DNA of 36,357 nt from Bacteroidia bacterium (GTDB lineage: Bacteria; Bacteroidota; Bacteroidia; Bacteroidales; VadinHA17): assembly GCA_026391215.1 (NCBI GenBank), contig JAPLDX010000053.1, positions 1 through 36,357 of the forward strand. The letters run 5' to 3'. Below, piece after piece: positions 1 to 8,771 of the stretch. Below the pieces are notes generated by a model. The model did not search any database, was not told the DNA's origin, and was given only the letters and a program-made list of their open reading frames with translations. Position 1 is the stretch's first letter. Every line of letters begins with the position of its first letter. Made by a program: the position numbers and the translations under genes.

Positions 1-615
1 CCAATCGAACTTTTCCCCTTTTGCTTCAATCCACTCAGGCTTCATTTTCTTAAATATCAGGTAAAGGGAAACCAGTCCGAATGGCACAAGAAATGCAAAG
101 ATGCTTCTCCATCCGAAATGCTGTGTTAAAAGGCCTCCGATTACCGGTCCCCCGGAAAGACCGGTATAAACGGCAGTTATATTGATACCCATTGCCCTGC
201 CTCGTTCTCCCGGTCCGAAAACAGAGGTCAGAATAGCCATGCTGGTGCCGAAGATCAGCGCTGCAGAAATACCCTGTAATATCCTGAAGATTATCAGGGA
301 TTCAATATTCCACGAAAAAATGATAAGGAAAGTAGAAATAGTAAAAAGAGATATTCCATACGTGAAAATTTTCTTCCTGCCCACAATATCCGCGAGCCTG
401 CCGAAAGGAAGGAGAAAGATTACAGATGAGAGAATAAAGCTGCTGGCTATCCAACCGAGCTCTATTGCTGTTGTATTGAAATCTTTTGCTATCGCCGGCA
501 AGGCAAGATTAATGGCCGACCCCAGGAAAGGAGTGAGAAAAGCTGCAAATGAAGTTACAATCAGTACAGATTTTTTCAGTGTTTTGTCATCGACCGTGGA
601 GACCTGTTCCTGCAT
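1..615 (-). CDS. MFS transporter, DHA2/EmrB-QacA-like drug:H+ antiporter (5' part; runs off window start)
   Basis: Not in the ORF track because it is truncated. Manual translation from ATG at 615 gives MQEQVSTVDDKTLKKSVLIVTSFAAFLTPFLGSAINLALPAIAKDF, then MFS motif A (FGRLADIVGRKKIF), FRILQG, GERGRAMG and GPVIGG..FGWRSIF. Confidence 0.9.
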   Translation of the reverse strand, partial: MQEQVSTVDDKTLKKSVLIVTSFAAFLTPFLGSAINLALPAIAKDFNTTAIELGWIASSFILSSVIFLLPFGRLADIVGRKKIFTYGISLFTISTFLIIFSWNIESLIIFRILQGISAALIFGTSMAILTSVFGPGERGRAMGINITAVYTGLSGGPVIGGLLTQHFGWRSIFAFLVPFGLVSLYLIFKKMKPEWIEAKGEKFDW

Positions 616-621
616 AAGTTT

Positions 622-1074
622 CTAATCTTTGTTTTTAGTGTCAATGATAATTGTTACAGGGCCGTCATTAACCAGGCCTATTTCCATCATGGCGCCGAAT
701 TCTCCTGTTGCAGTATCCTTTCCTGTAATCTCAGAGATCCTTTTAATAAAACTATTATAAAGGGGTATGGCATTTTCAGGCCGTGCAGCCCTGATATAAG
801 ACGGCCTGTTTCCTTTCTTCGTTTTTGCATGAAGCGTAAACTGGCTGATAACCATAATGCTGCCGCTAGTCTCCAGAATAGAAAAATTCATTACTTCGTT
901 ATTGTCGTTGAAGATGCGAAGCTGAACTATCTTATTTGCAAGCCACTCAACATCAACATCATTATCATCTTCTTCAATCCCAACAAGCACAAGAAGCCCG
1001 GGACCAATTTCGGATCTCAACACGTTCCCTATAGTAACTGAAGCCCTGCTTACACGCTGAATAACGGCTCTCAT
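622..1074 (-). CDS. dtd: D-aminoacyl-tRNA deacylase
   Basis: MRAVIQRVSRASV N-terminus, SQFTL and NDGPVT motifs. Start moved to ATG at 1074, downstream of a TATATTTG box. Confidence 0.97.
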   Translation of the reverse strand: MRAVIQRVSRASVTIGNVLRSEIGPGLLVLVGIEEDDNDVDVEWLANKIVQLRIFNDNNEVMNFSILETSGSIMVISQFTLHAKTKKGNRPSYIRAARPENAIPLYNSFIKRISEITGKDTATGEFGAMMEIGLVNDGPVTIIIDTKNKD

Positions 1075-1094
1075 TGGATCGCTTTTCTTGTGTT

Positions 1095-1146
1095 CAAATA
1101 TAGACAATCAATTTAAATGCAAAAGGGGGATGATTTATTATATTTG
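1095..1146. promoter_or_regulatory. Divergent Bacteroidota sigma-A -7 boxes (TATATTTG) for dtd (minus, 1095-1102) and mntP (plus, 1139-1146)
   Basis: Exact TAnnTTTG matches about 20 nt upstream of each start codon. Confidence 0.65.
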
Positions 1147-1167
1147 CCCGGCAAAAAAGTAAAACAG

Positions 1168-1728
1168 ATGGACTTCCTGACAATATTATTAGTTGCCCTT
1201 GGCTTATCATTCGACACATTTGCGGTTTCACTTTCATTCGGAGTGGTTCAGAATAAAATATTGTTCCGGCAGGCGGTAAGGGTTGCAATCGTACTTGCTG
1301 TTTTTCAGGCAGGGCTACTTGTTCTGGGATATTTCCTCGGTTCATTTGTCAGTGATATAATCAAAGCTGCTGATCACTGGGTTGCCCTGGCATTGCTTTC
1401 CTTCCTTGGTATCAGAATGATGATCGAGGGGATAAAAAGAAAGGAAAATGCTGAGGCCAGGGACTATACGAAGCTTAAAGAGCTTCTGACAGTTGCAGTA
1501 GGGACCAGTATTGATGCATTTGCCGTAGGCATAAGCTTTGCTCTTCTTGAAATGAAGATCTGGCTTTCGGGGCTGATAATCGGGGTGGTGACGTTCCTTG
1601 CATCAATGACAGCGATCAGGATCGGTAAATCAGCAGGTACAAGACTTGGTCAGCGTGTAGAGATCGCAGGGGGACTGATATTGATAGGTATCGGAGTAAA
1701 AATATTCCTGGAGCATATGCTGGGATAA
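1168..1728 (+). CDS. mntP: Manganese efflux pump MntP
   Basis: Duplicated GLSFDTFAVS / GTSIDAFAVG motifs, six hydrophobic segments, C-terminal EIAGGLILIGIGVKI. Start placed at ATG 1168. Confidence 0.93.
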   Translation: MDFLTILLVALGLSFDTFAVSLSFGVVQNKILFRQAVRVAIVLAVFQAGLLVLGYFLGSFVSDIIKAADHWVALALLSFLGIRMMIEGIKRKENAEARDYTKLKELLTVAVGTSIDAFAVGISFALLEMKIWLSGLIIGVVTFLASMTAIRIGKSAGTRLGQRVEIAGGLILIGIGVKIFLEHMLG

Positions 1729-1767
1729 AAAACTAACAGCGGAGCAGGAACAAGAAGACTTTCAGGC

Positions 1768-4122
1768 CTATTTTTTAATTGTCCTGATCCCGAATACCGG
1801 CCCTGCCATATTATTTGGATGTGCCTGGAATTTCACTGTCACTTTTGACCTGCCTTTTGTTATTTCTTCAGGAATATCGTACTGAACGATAATATATTGT
1901 CCCTCCTTTTTTCCGGAGATGTTTTCAGTGGCAATTACCTTGTTGTTCACCAGGATATCGAATGTTTTTGCTCCCGGAAAACCTCCCCAGTATTCAACAG
2001 CAAGAGCAATTGGTATATCGCCTGAAACCTTCATGGTGTAGGAGAACCACCCGCTCCTGGCTTCGCGGTCAGCCCTTTCTTTAAATGCGCCAGAGGTTGT
2101 TCTTTCTCCTTTGAAACCATGATCGCGCTCCGGTTGCATTTCCCCGGGTTGTACAAAATCTATAGTTGCATCTTTGATCTTCTTAATCTTTTCCATTTCT
2201 GCCTGATATTCAGCCTGCCTGGTCTTCCAGGCTTCCTCAGTAAACATGTCCCAGTAAATGGAATAACGTCTATCATAAAATGTGTAAAAAGGCATCATTT
2301 CTACATCTCTGGGCCTTCCGATATTAACCGTCATAAATGTGTTAGGCTTACCCTCAACCGGCTTCATCCAGGCACCGGGATCCCTGTTTTCAGTCATCAG
2401 AACAGGAACATATAGTGCATCTCTTGATGTGGAATCCTTAACGGGGCCAAGGTCTCCGGCCATAACAAGAGGACCGTACATCACTGAAACCCTGTTGCTG
2501 TCATCAGGCATCGTTTCAAGGCGTAATGAGAATGGCATTTTTACTTCTATATTATCTCCTGATTTCCATGTCTTTGTTATAGGAACAAAACTCCCTGGTT
2601 TCTGGCTAAAACGCTTCTTTTTCCCATTTACAGATATCTCAATACCGTTTTTTGCCCAGTAAGGATATCGTATCTGAAGAGTAAGCTTCAGTGGTTTTTC
2701 ACATGTAAATTTAAGGGCCGTTCCTTGTTCCCGGGGATATTTTGTGTTTTGAACGACCTTTAGCCCTTTCTCTTTCCAGCTAAGCTCTGAGGCAATGAAC
2801 TGGAACAGAAAAAGCTCATTATCATTGTGATAGAATATATTCCTTCCATATTTTGAATGATTTTCCATTCCTGTCCCTATACAGCAGGTGAACCATTCGG
2901 GATCCTGGAACTCCTTGAAGCCTCCCATGTCAAGGGAAAGGTTATAGGTCACATGACCATCTTCAGGGTCCTGTGTTGAAAGGATGTGGTTGAAAAGAGC
3001 TCTCTCATAAAAATCTGCGACATTGGCTGATGCATCCCATTCAAAAAGATGTTCGGAAAGCTTGAGCATATTGTAAACATTGCACGATTCAGTGGTACCA
3101 TCCCCAAGCCTGTCGCGGAGCTTATCGGCCGGGCCAAAATATTCATTATTGCCATTCCCGCCTGTGACATAAGAGTGGTGATATACGACAGTATTCCAGA
3201 AAAACAAGGCAGCTTTTTTGTCGGAAGTATCTCCGGTAAGTTCATAAAGTCTCGCCAAGGCAATAAGCTTGGGAATATTAGTGTTACAATGCCTGCCGGG
3301 AAGAACATCTTTTCCGGCTTTCATCGGATCAAGGAATGATTTCTGATAAAAAATCCTTGATATTCTCAGATACTTATCATCTTTAGTGTCGGCATACAGG
3401 TCAGCAAGCGTCTCGCTTATCCCGCCATGTTCGCAGCGAAGCATGTTCTGTACCTGCTCATCGTTAAGAGGCGACACTATCCCGTCAATCCAGTCAGCGA
3501 ATCTTCTTTCCACCTCCAGGGCAGTCTGGTTTCCGCAAAGATGATAGGCATCTCTCAGCCCGGCCATAACTTTGTGTTGCGTATAGAAAGGAGCCCAGAT
3601 ACCATTGAGGTCGAATCCCTGCGACCTGATATTACCCCTGGCTACCTCCTCTTCAAAGATTTTCTTGCCATTTGGAAAAGCTCCGATATACCCGTTTCCA
3701 TCAATATCCTGTAGTTTTTTCAACTCATCAACAATGTAATTAACCCTTGCAAGGAATGCCGTATCGCCGGTAGTCAGATACATCATTGAACATCCGCTCA
3801 GGTAGTGCCCAAGGCTGTGTCCTGCCAACGATTCATCTTCCCATCCCATGTAATGTTCGGCCTTTGGAGTTAGTCCAGCCTCAGAATAAAATTTTGATAG
3901 TAATCTGTCGGGCTCATAGGTGAGCAGGATTTTTGCATCGAGATTCGTGGCATGCAAAAAAGGACCATCAAGAAGCTTTATGTCGGAGAGGCTGAATGGG
4001 AGGGCCCTGAAAGAAACGATCCCGGGACCGCCAGTAAAAGTCTTTTCAGCTGCCTCATTCTTACAACCGGCGATAGCAATGACAAATAAAATTGAAAACA
4101 AGCAGGAAGTATATTTTTTCAT
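1768..4122 (-). CDS. GH127/GH146-type beta-L-arabinofuranosidase-like glycoside hydrolase, predicted lipoprotein
   Basis: Lipobox IAGC. Motifs YMGWE, GHSLGHYLS, WAPFYTQHK, CEHGG, HCNTNIPK, ESCNVYNMLKL, YERALFNHIL and FTCCIGTG (Zn/Cys catalytic). ATG at 4122, or GTG at 4128 overlapping the upstream stop. Confidence 0.9.
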   Translation of the reverse strand: MKKYTSCLFSILFVIAIAGCKNEAAEKTFTGGPGIVSFRALPFSLSDIKLLDGPFLHATNLDAKILLTYEPDRLLSKFYSEAGLTPKAEHYMGWEDESLAGHSLGHYLSGCSMMYLTTGDTAFLARVNYIVDELKKLQDIDGNGYIGAFPNGKKIFEEEVARGNIRSQGFDLNGIWAPFYTQHKVMAGLRDAYHLCGNQTALEVERRFADWIDGIVSPLNDEQVQNMLRCEHGGISETLADLYADTKDDKYLRISRIFYQKSFLDPMKAGKDVLPGRHCNTNIPKLIALARLYELTGDTSDKKAALFFWNTVVYHHSYVTGGNGNNEYFGPADKLRDRLGDGTTESCNVYNMLKLSEHLFEWDASANVADFYERALFNHILSTQDPEDGHVTYNLSLDMGGFKEFQDPEWFTCCIGTGMENHSKYGRNIFYHNDNELFLFQFIASELSWKEKGLKVVQNTKYPREQGTALKFTCEKPLKLTLQIRYPYWAKNGIEISVNGKKKRFSQKPGSFVPITKTWKSGDNIEVKMPFSLRLETMPDDSNRVSVMYGPLVMAGDLGPVKDSTSRDALYVPVLMTENRDPGAWMKPVEGKPNTFMTVNIGRPRDVEMMPFYTFYDRRYSIYWDMFTEEAWKTRQAEYQAEMEKIKKIKDATIDFVQPGEMQPERDHGFKGERTTSGAFKERADREARSGWFSYTMKVSGDIPIALAVEYWGGFPGAKTFDILVNNKVIATENISGKKEGQYIIVQYDIPEEITKGRSKVTVKFQAHPNNMAGPVFGIRTIKK

Positions 4123-4124
4123 AA

Positions 4125-4910
4125 TCACAATGGTTTCATTTTTCTTTTACGCCCTGTAAACACGGCCATTTCCTTATAGCCTGAAGATCTGAGCAATTCA
4201 TAGGCCTCATCGAAATATTGTCCTACCCTTGCCGGGAAATGAGCATCGGAATTGACACATACAGGCACCTTTTTCTCACTGAAAATATGAAGGAAGCGTC
4301 TGTCGGGATAGAAATCCGCAAGAGGCCGGTTCCTTCCGTTTGTATTCAGCTCAAAAGCGACATCATATTTTTTCATAACGTCAGCAAGTTTTCGGTAGAG
4401 CGGCTCGGGATTAAATGACGGCTTATATCCATAGATCCTTATAAGGTCGCAATGGCCGATAATATCATAAAGTTCTGAGGAGACTGCTCCAACGACATTT
4501 TCAAAATACGATTCATATAATCTGTCAATGTTCTTTCCTTCATAAAATTCAGGACCCAGATCCACGGTTTTTTCTCCCAGATAATGAACAGAACCGATCC
4601 TGTAATCGAGAGCGAGATTATCCAGGAAAAGTCCTGTCTCCTTCTCAATTCCAGGAATGAAATCTATCTCAAGGCCTGTTTTAATAACAATACTTTTAGT
4701 GTCATTACGCAGCTTGCTTGTGTAGTTAATATAATTCCCGACATTATCCGGATCCATACACCATTCCTTATTATCCCTGAAAAGTGAAAGATGCTCTGAA
4801 AAACCTATCTCAGAAATACCTGAAGCGACTGCCCTGGAAATATAATCTTCCGGAGCAGATTTGCCGTCGCTGAAAGTAGTATGGATATGATAGTCAGTTT
4901 TATAGGGCAT
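4125..4910 (-). CDS. Histidinol-phosphatase, HisJ family (PHP domain)
   Basis: DYHIHTTFSDG, GFSEH, GLEID, IGSVH, GHCDL, ELNTNG and NSDAH PHP motifs. Confidence 0.88.
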   Translation of the reverse strand: MPYKTDYHIHTTFSDGKSAPEDYISRAVASGISEIGFSEHLSLFRDNKEWCMDPDNVGNYINYTSKLRNDTKSIVIKTGLEIDFIPGIEKETGLFLDNLALDYRIGSVHYLGEKTVDLGPEFYEGKNIDRLYESYFENVVGAVSSELYDIIGHCDLIRIYGYKPSFNPEPLYRKLADVMKKYDVAFELNTNGRNRPLADFYPDRRFLHIFSEKKVPVCVNSDAHFPARVGQYFDEAYELLRSSGYKEMAVFTGRKRKMKPL

Positions 4911-5003
4911 TGGGGTAAATTATGTCTATTTACACGAGTATCAAAATAGGAATAAATTTGGGAATTATACAAATCAGGGAAATGCAATGTTGTAATAAAA
5001 GTC

Positions 5004-5011
5004 TAAATTTG
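5004..5011 (+). promoter_or_regulatory. Putative -7 promoter box (TAAATTTG) of the Crp/Fnr gene
   Basis: TAnnTTTG match 23 nt upstream of ATG 5035. Confidence 0.55.
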
Positions 5012-5034
5012 CTAAATTCTGACAGTAGAGCATT

Positions 5035-5721
5035 ATGGATAAAGACTGCATATGCGAGAATTGTGAATTCAGAGAAGTAGTGTTTTCCTTTCTCGACGAT
5101 GAATCTGTTCAGCATTTATGCGATAACAAGGAACAGCAATCCTTTCGCAAGGGAGAGATCATTCATAATGAAGGAGAAAGGATAACCTATTTCAAATACC
5201 TTAAAAGCGGACTCATAAAACTTTACAGAAAAACACCTTCCGGAGACGAGCAGATAGTCAGCATTACCAAGCCTTTTGAATTCGTAAGCAACATAAGCAT
5301 CTTTTCGGAAGAGCGTTATAAATATTCAGTTGCGGCAGTTGAGGACTCTGTTGTTTGCGTTGTAAAGCTGGACTTTATCAAGGAGATAGCTCTGAAAAAC
5401 GGTGCATTTGCAATGGGTCTGTTGTCGAAGGTTTCAAAGGTCAATGAAAAAATAATTTCCCAGACACTCGACATCAGGCAAAAAAATCTTATAGGCAGGG
5501 TGGCATATATCCTTTTATACTTCACAAATGAGATTTACAATACACAGGTTTTTGACCTCCCCGTTTCTAGAAAGGAAATAGCAGATTATATCGGCATGAG
5601 CACTGCAAATGTTATCAGAACTCTTTCCGATTTTAAAAAGGAGGGTATAATCAGGGTCTTTGGAAAAACAATTGAAATTGTCGATATGCGCCGCCTTGAG
5701 ATCATGGCAAAAATAGGATGA
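5035..5721 (+). CDS. Crp/Fnr family transcriptional regulator with N-terminal Cys cluster
   Basis: cNMP-binding fold (KGEIIHNEGE..YLKSGLIKLY), C-terminal HTH (SRKEIADYIGMSTANVIRTLSDF), N-terminal CICENC. Confidence 0.92.
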   Translation: MDKDCICENCEFREVVFSFLDDESVQHLCDNKEQQSFRKGEIIHNEGERITYFKYLKSGLIKLYRKTPSGDEQIVSITKPFEFVSNISIFSEERYKYSVAAVEDSVVCVVKLDFIKEIALKNGAFAMGLLSKVSKVNEKIISQTLDIRQKNLIGRVAYILLYFTNEIYNTQVFDLPVSRKEIADYIGMSTANVIRTLSDFKKEGIIRVFGKTIEIVDMRRLEIMAKIG

Positions 5722-5830
5722 CTCAAGAGAAGACAATATTTCCGGATCTCAGAATTAAAAATCAGATATGGTCAAAATATTTATAATTGTCTTTTAGGAA
5801 TTCAATTAACCTGCCTTATAAACCTAAATC

Positions 5831-7363
5831 ATGAAAATCAGAGAATATAGTGTAAGAGATATCCCGCGAAGAAAGTTTCTTGAGCTGAGCATGAAAGGTG
5901 GATTGCTGATCGCAGCCACTCCCGCCCTGCTTACGCAACTGGTGTCCTGCCAGAAAGGATCTGTGGGTTTGTCCGGTCCGGGCATAGACAAGGATTTGGC
6001 CGCCAGGGTAATTGCAAAAGCACTTGAAAAAGGAGGTGATTTTGCTGACATATATCTTGAAAACCGTGTTTCACGGCAGATAGTGATGGAAGAATCCAAA
6101 TTCAAAAGCGGATTATACGGAATAAGCCAGGGCGCAGGTGTAAGAGTCGTTTCGGGTAACAAAACCGGGTATGCCTATACTGATGAAATAACTGAAGAAA
6201 AACTGATGAGAGCGGCCGATGTAGCATCATATGTAGCACTGAACAGCACTCCGGTATCTCCTGTAAATATTTCTGAAACAACACGTCCTTCATTCGTTAC
6301 AGTATCACAACCACTTGGAGATATTGCTGATGAAAAGAGAATTGAAGTAATAAAAAGGGCTGATCAGGCTGTAAAAGATTATGATCCGAGAATTAAAATG
6401 GCAATGATCGACTATTACGATGAAGTGAGAAGCAGGATTATCGCCAACAGTGAGGGAATCTATATCAAGGATGAACTTCCCCTCTTGTTTTTCATTGTTC
6501 AGGCGATGAGTGATGACGGCAAAACAAGACACATGGCCCGCGAAAGGCTCAGCAATCATTCAGGATTTGAGATGTTTGAGAAAGTGACTCCTGAAACAAT
6601 TGCCAGGAATGCAGCGAGGGAGGCCATAGAAATGCTTAAAGCCGAAGATGCACCGGCAGGTATCATGGATGTTGTCATGCAGAACGGATGGGGAGGAGTT
6701 TTGGTTCATGAAGCTGTTGGGCATCCTCTTGAAGCCGATAACATATCAAAGGGGATTGGTGCATTTACAGGAAAAATTGGACAGAAAGTCGCAAGCGACT
6801 GCTTTACAATGATTGACGACGGAACACTTCCCAATTTCCGGGGGACGATAAATTTTGACGATGAAGGTACTGAAGCCAGGCGAAATGTACTGATTGAAAA
6901 TGGCATACTAAAAGGTTTCATGACCGACATTCTCAGTTCAAAACAGCTTAATATGACAAGAACCGGGAACGGAAGGCGCGAATCGTTCAGGTATATTCCG
7001 ATTCCGAGAATGACAAATACTTTCATTGAAAAAGGGAAAGATAATCCGGCCGATATTCTTTCTTCAACCAAAAAAGGTATTTATGTGCAGAGCCTTAGTG
7101 GAGGCAGTGTCAACCCTGTGACCGGGGTATTTAATTTTACATGCAGGGAATCATATCTCATTGAAAACGGGAAGAAGACTAATCCCATAAAAGGAGCAAC
7201 ATTGATAGGTTCATGCATGGATGTTATATCCAACATCGACGCTGTCGGCGACGACCTTGAATTTGGACCAGGCATATGTGGGAAAGGCCAGTCAGCTGAA
7301 GTTACAGCCGGACAGCCAACGGTAAGGATAAGAGGGATAAATGTGGGAGGAAGCAAAGCATAA
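5831..7363 (+). CDS. tldD: TldD family metalloprotease subunit with Tat/lipoprotein signal peptide
   Basis: HEAVGHPLEAD zinc motif, DDEG, TGNGRRES, PRMTNT and C-terminal ICGKGQ Cys ligand. N-terminal PRRKFL plus hydrophobic core plus LVSC. Confidence 0.92.
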   Translation: MKIREYSVRDIPRRKFLELSMKGGLLIAATPALLTQLVSCQKGSVGLSGPGIDKDLAARVIAKALEKGGDFADIYLENRVSRQIVMEESKFKSGLYGISQGAGVRVVSGNKTGYAYTDEITEEKLMRAADVASYVALNSTPVSPVNISETTRPSFVTVSQPLGDIADEKRIEVIKRADQAVKDYDPRIKMAMIDYYDEVRSRIIANSEGIYIKDELPLLFFIVQAMSDDGKTRHMARERLSNHSGFEMFEKVTPETIARNAAREAIEMLKAEDAPAGIMDVVMQNGWGGVLVHEAVGHPLEADNISKGIGAFTGKIGQKVASDCFTMIDDGTLPNFRGTINFDDEGTEARRNVLIENGILKGFMTDILSSKQLNMTRTGNGRRESFRYIPIPRMTNTFIEKGKDNPADILSSTKKGIYVQSLSGGSVNPVTGVFNFTCRESYLIENGKKTNPIKGATLIGSCMDVISNIDAVGDDLEFGPGICGKGQSAEVTAGQPTVRIRGINVGGSKA

Positions 7364-7386
7364 TTTTAATGTCAACCGGAATAAAC

Positions 7387-8721
7387 ATGAAAAATACAGA
7401 TTTAACTGAAAAGCTTGTTGATAGATGCATAAGCCTGGGAGCAGATGCTGCAGAAGTTTTTCTTGAAACCAAAAGGAACCTGTCAATCAATGTACTGAAA
7501 TCTGAAATTGAAACCATTGAGCAAGCCTCATACCAGGGAGTTGGTTTCAGGGTTTTTATTGAAGGCAAAATGGGGTTCAGCCACTGCAATGATTTCAGCA
7601 GCAAGTCGCTTGATGATACAATCTCAAAGGCAATAGCCTTTGCCAGACTATCGACACCGGATGAAAACAATGTTCTTACAGACGATAAAGGGATTACGAC
7701 AATTAAAGACCTTTATGATCCTGCAATTACAGAAGAACCTATGGACAAAAAGATCAAAATGGCTCTTGACCTTGAAAAGCTTGCCATGAAAGATCCGAGG
7801 ATCACAAAGAGCGCCGGAGCAGGCTATGGTGAAGGAGAATCGGTGATCTATATTGGAAATTCAAACGGGCTGATTAAATCTTACAAATCATCCGGCTGCT
7901 CAATGGGTGTTTCTGTTGTCGCAGAGAAGGGAGAACAAAAAAATACAGGAGGGGAATATTGTTCAAGGGTTTTCTTTTCCGACCTGGTACCCCTCGAAGA
8001 GATAGCTGCTGTAGCCTCCAGGAAAGCTATTGAACTTTTGGATCCTGTTATGATAAATACACAAAAGGCTGCAGTTATTTTTGATCCGGATGTTGCAATG
8101 GCTCTTCTGAGAGGAGTTATTTCTGCTATCAATGGAGAGCGGGTGCTGCAGGGAGCAAGCTTCCTTAAAGAATACCTTGGCAGGCAGATTGCATCACCGT
8201 TACTTACATTGACTGATGACGGGACTATTCAGAAATGCCTTGGGAGCGCTCCTTTTGACGGGGAGGGAGTTCCCACTGTTAAAAACGTACTTGTTGAAAA
8301 CGGCTTTTTAAAAAGCTTTATTTACAATACTAAAGCAGCAAAAAGAGCAGGAGTAAAGAGCACAGGCAATGCTGCACGCGCAGGTTTCAGTTCTTTACCG
8401 GGGATAGGCACTCACAATGTCTGTGTTTCAACAGGGAAACACACCCGGGATGAAATAATTGCAGCAACTAAAAAAGGACTCTTTCTGCTGGAACTAACAG
8501 GCTATGGAATAGACTCTGTAAGCGGCAATTTCAGCGGAGGGGCCAGCGGCTTCTGGATCGAAAACGGTGAACTTGTCCATCCTGTCAAAGGGATCACAAT
8601 TGCAGGAAAAGCTTTTGAGATCCTTAATGCAATCGATATGGTTGGGAACGACTTGGATATGAACAAGATAAATACTGCTCCAACATTCAGGATAGCCGAA
8701 ATGCAGATTGGAGGCAAATAA
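7387..8721 (+). CDS. pmbA: TldE/PmbA family non-catalytic subunit
   Basis: GADAAEVF, GVGFRV, PFDGEGVPT, STGNA, SGNFSGGASGFWIENGE. No HExxxH motif. Directly follows tldD. Alternative start at 7369. Confidence 0.9.
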   Translation: MKNTDLTEKLVDRCISLGADAAEVFLETKRNLSINVLKSEIETIEQASYQGVGFRVFIEGKMGFSHCNDFSSKSLDDTISKAIAFARLSTPDENNVLTDDKGITTIKDLYDPAITEEPMDKKIKMALDLEKLAMKDPRITKSAGAGYGEGESVIYIGNSNGLIKSYKSSGCSMGVSVVAEKGEQKNTGGEYCSRVFFSDLVPLEEIAAVASRKAIELLDPVMINTQKAAVIFDPDVAMALLRGVISAINGERVLQGASFLKEYLGRQIASPLLTLTDDGTIQKCLGSAPFDGEGVPTVKNVLVENGFLKSFIYNTKAAKRAGVKSTGNAARAGFSSLPGIGTHNVCVSTGKHTRDEIIAATKKGLFLLELTGYGIDSVSGNFSGGASGFWIENGELVHPVKGITIAGKAFEILNAIDMVGNDLDMNKINTAPTFRIAEMQIGGK

Positions 8722-8743
8722 TTGGATTAAATTCAAAATGTTT

Positions 8744-8751
8744 TATTTTTG
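8744..8751 (+). promoter_or_regulatory. Putative -7 box (TATTTTTG) for the pfk-rsgA unit
   Basis: TAnnTTTG match overlapping the GTG chosen by the ORF track, which argues for the ATG at 8772 or 8799 instead. Confidence 0.55.
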
Positions 8752-8771
8752 TGGTCTCAAAAAATGAGAAT

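Noticed and set aside
182-625. 147-aa plus-strand ORF
   Set aside because: Antisense shadow of the truncated MFS gene on the minus strand, which carries the real motifs.
1075-1167. Possible yybP-ykoY manganese riboswitch upstream of mntP
   Set aside because: The intergenic region is only about 90 nt, AT-rich and holds two divergent promoter boxes. The predicted leader (~20 nt) is too short.
4805-5115. Short minus-strand ORFs 4805-4987 and 4930-5115
   Set aside because: They overlap the PHP and Crp genes and span a promoter region, with no protein-like features.
7387-8721. TldE lacking HExxxH as a novel pseudo-enzyme
   Set aside because: This is the normal state of TldE/PmbA.
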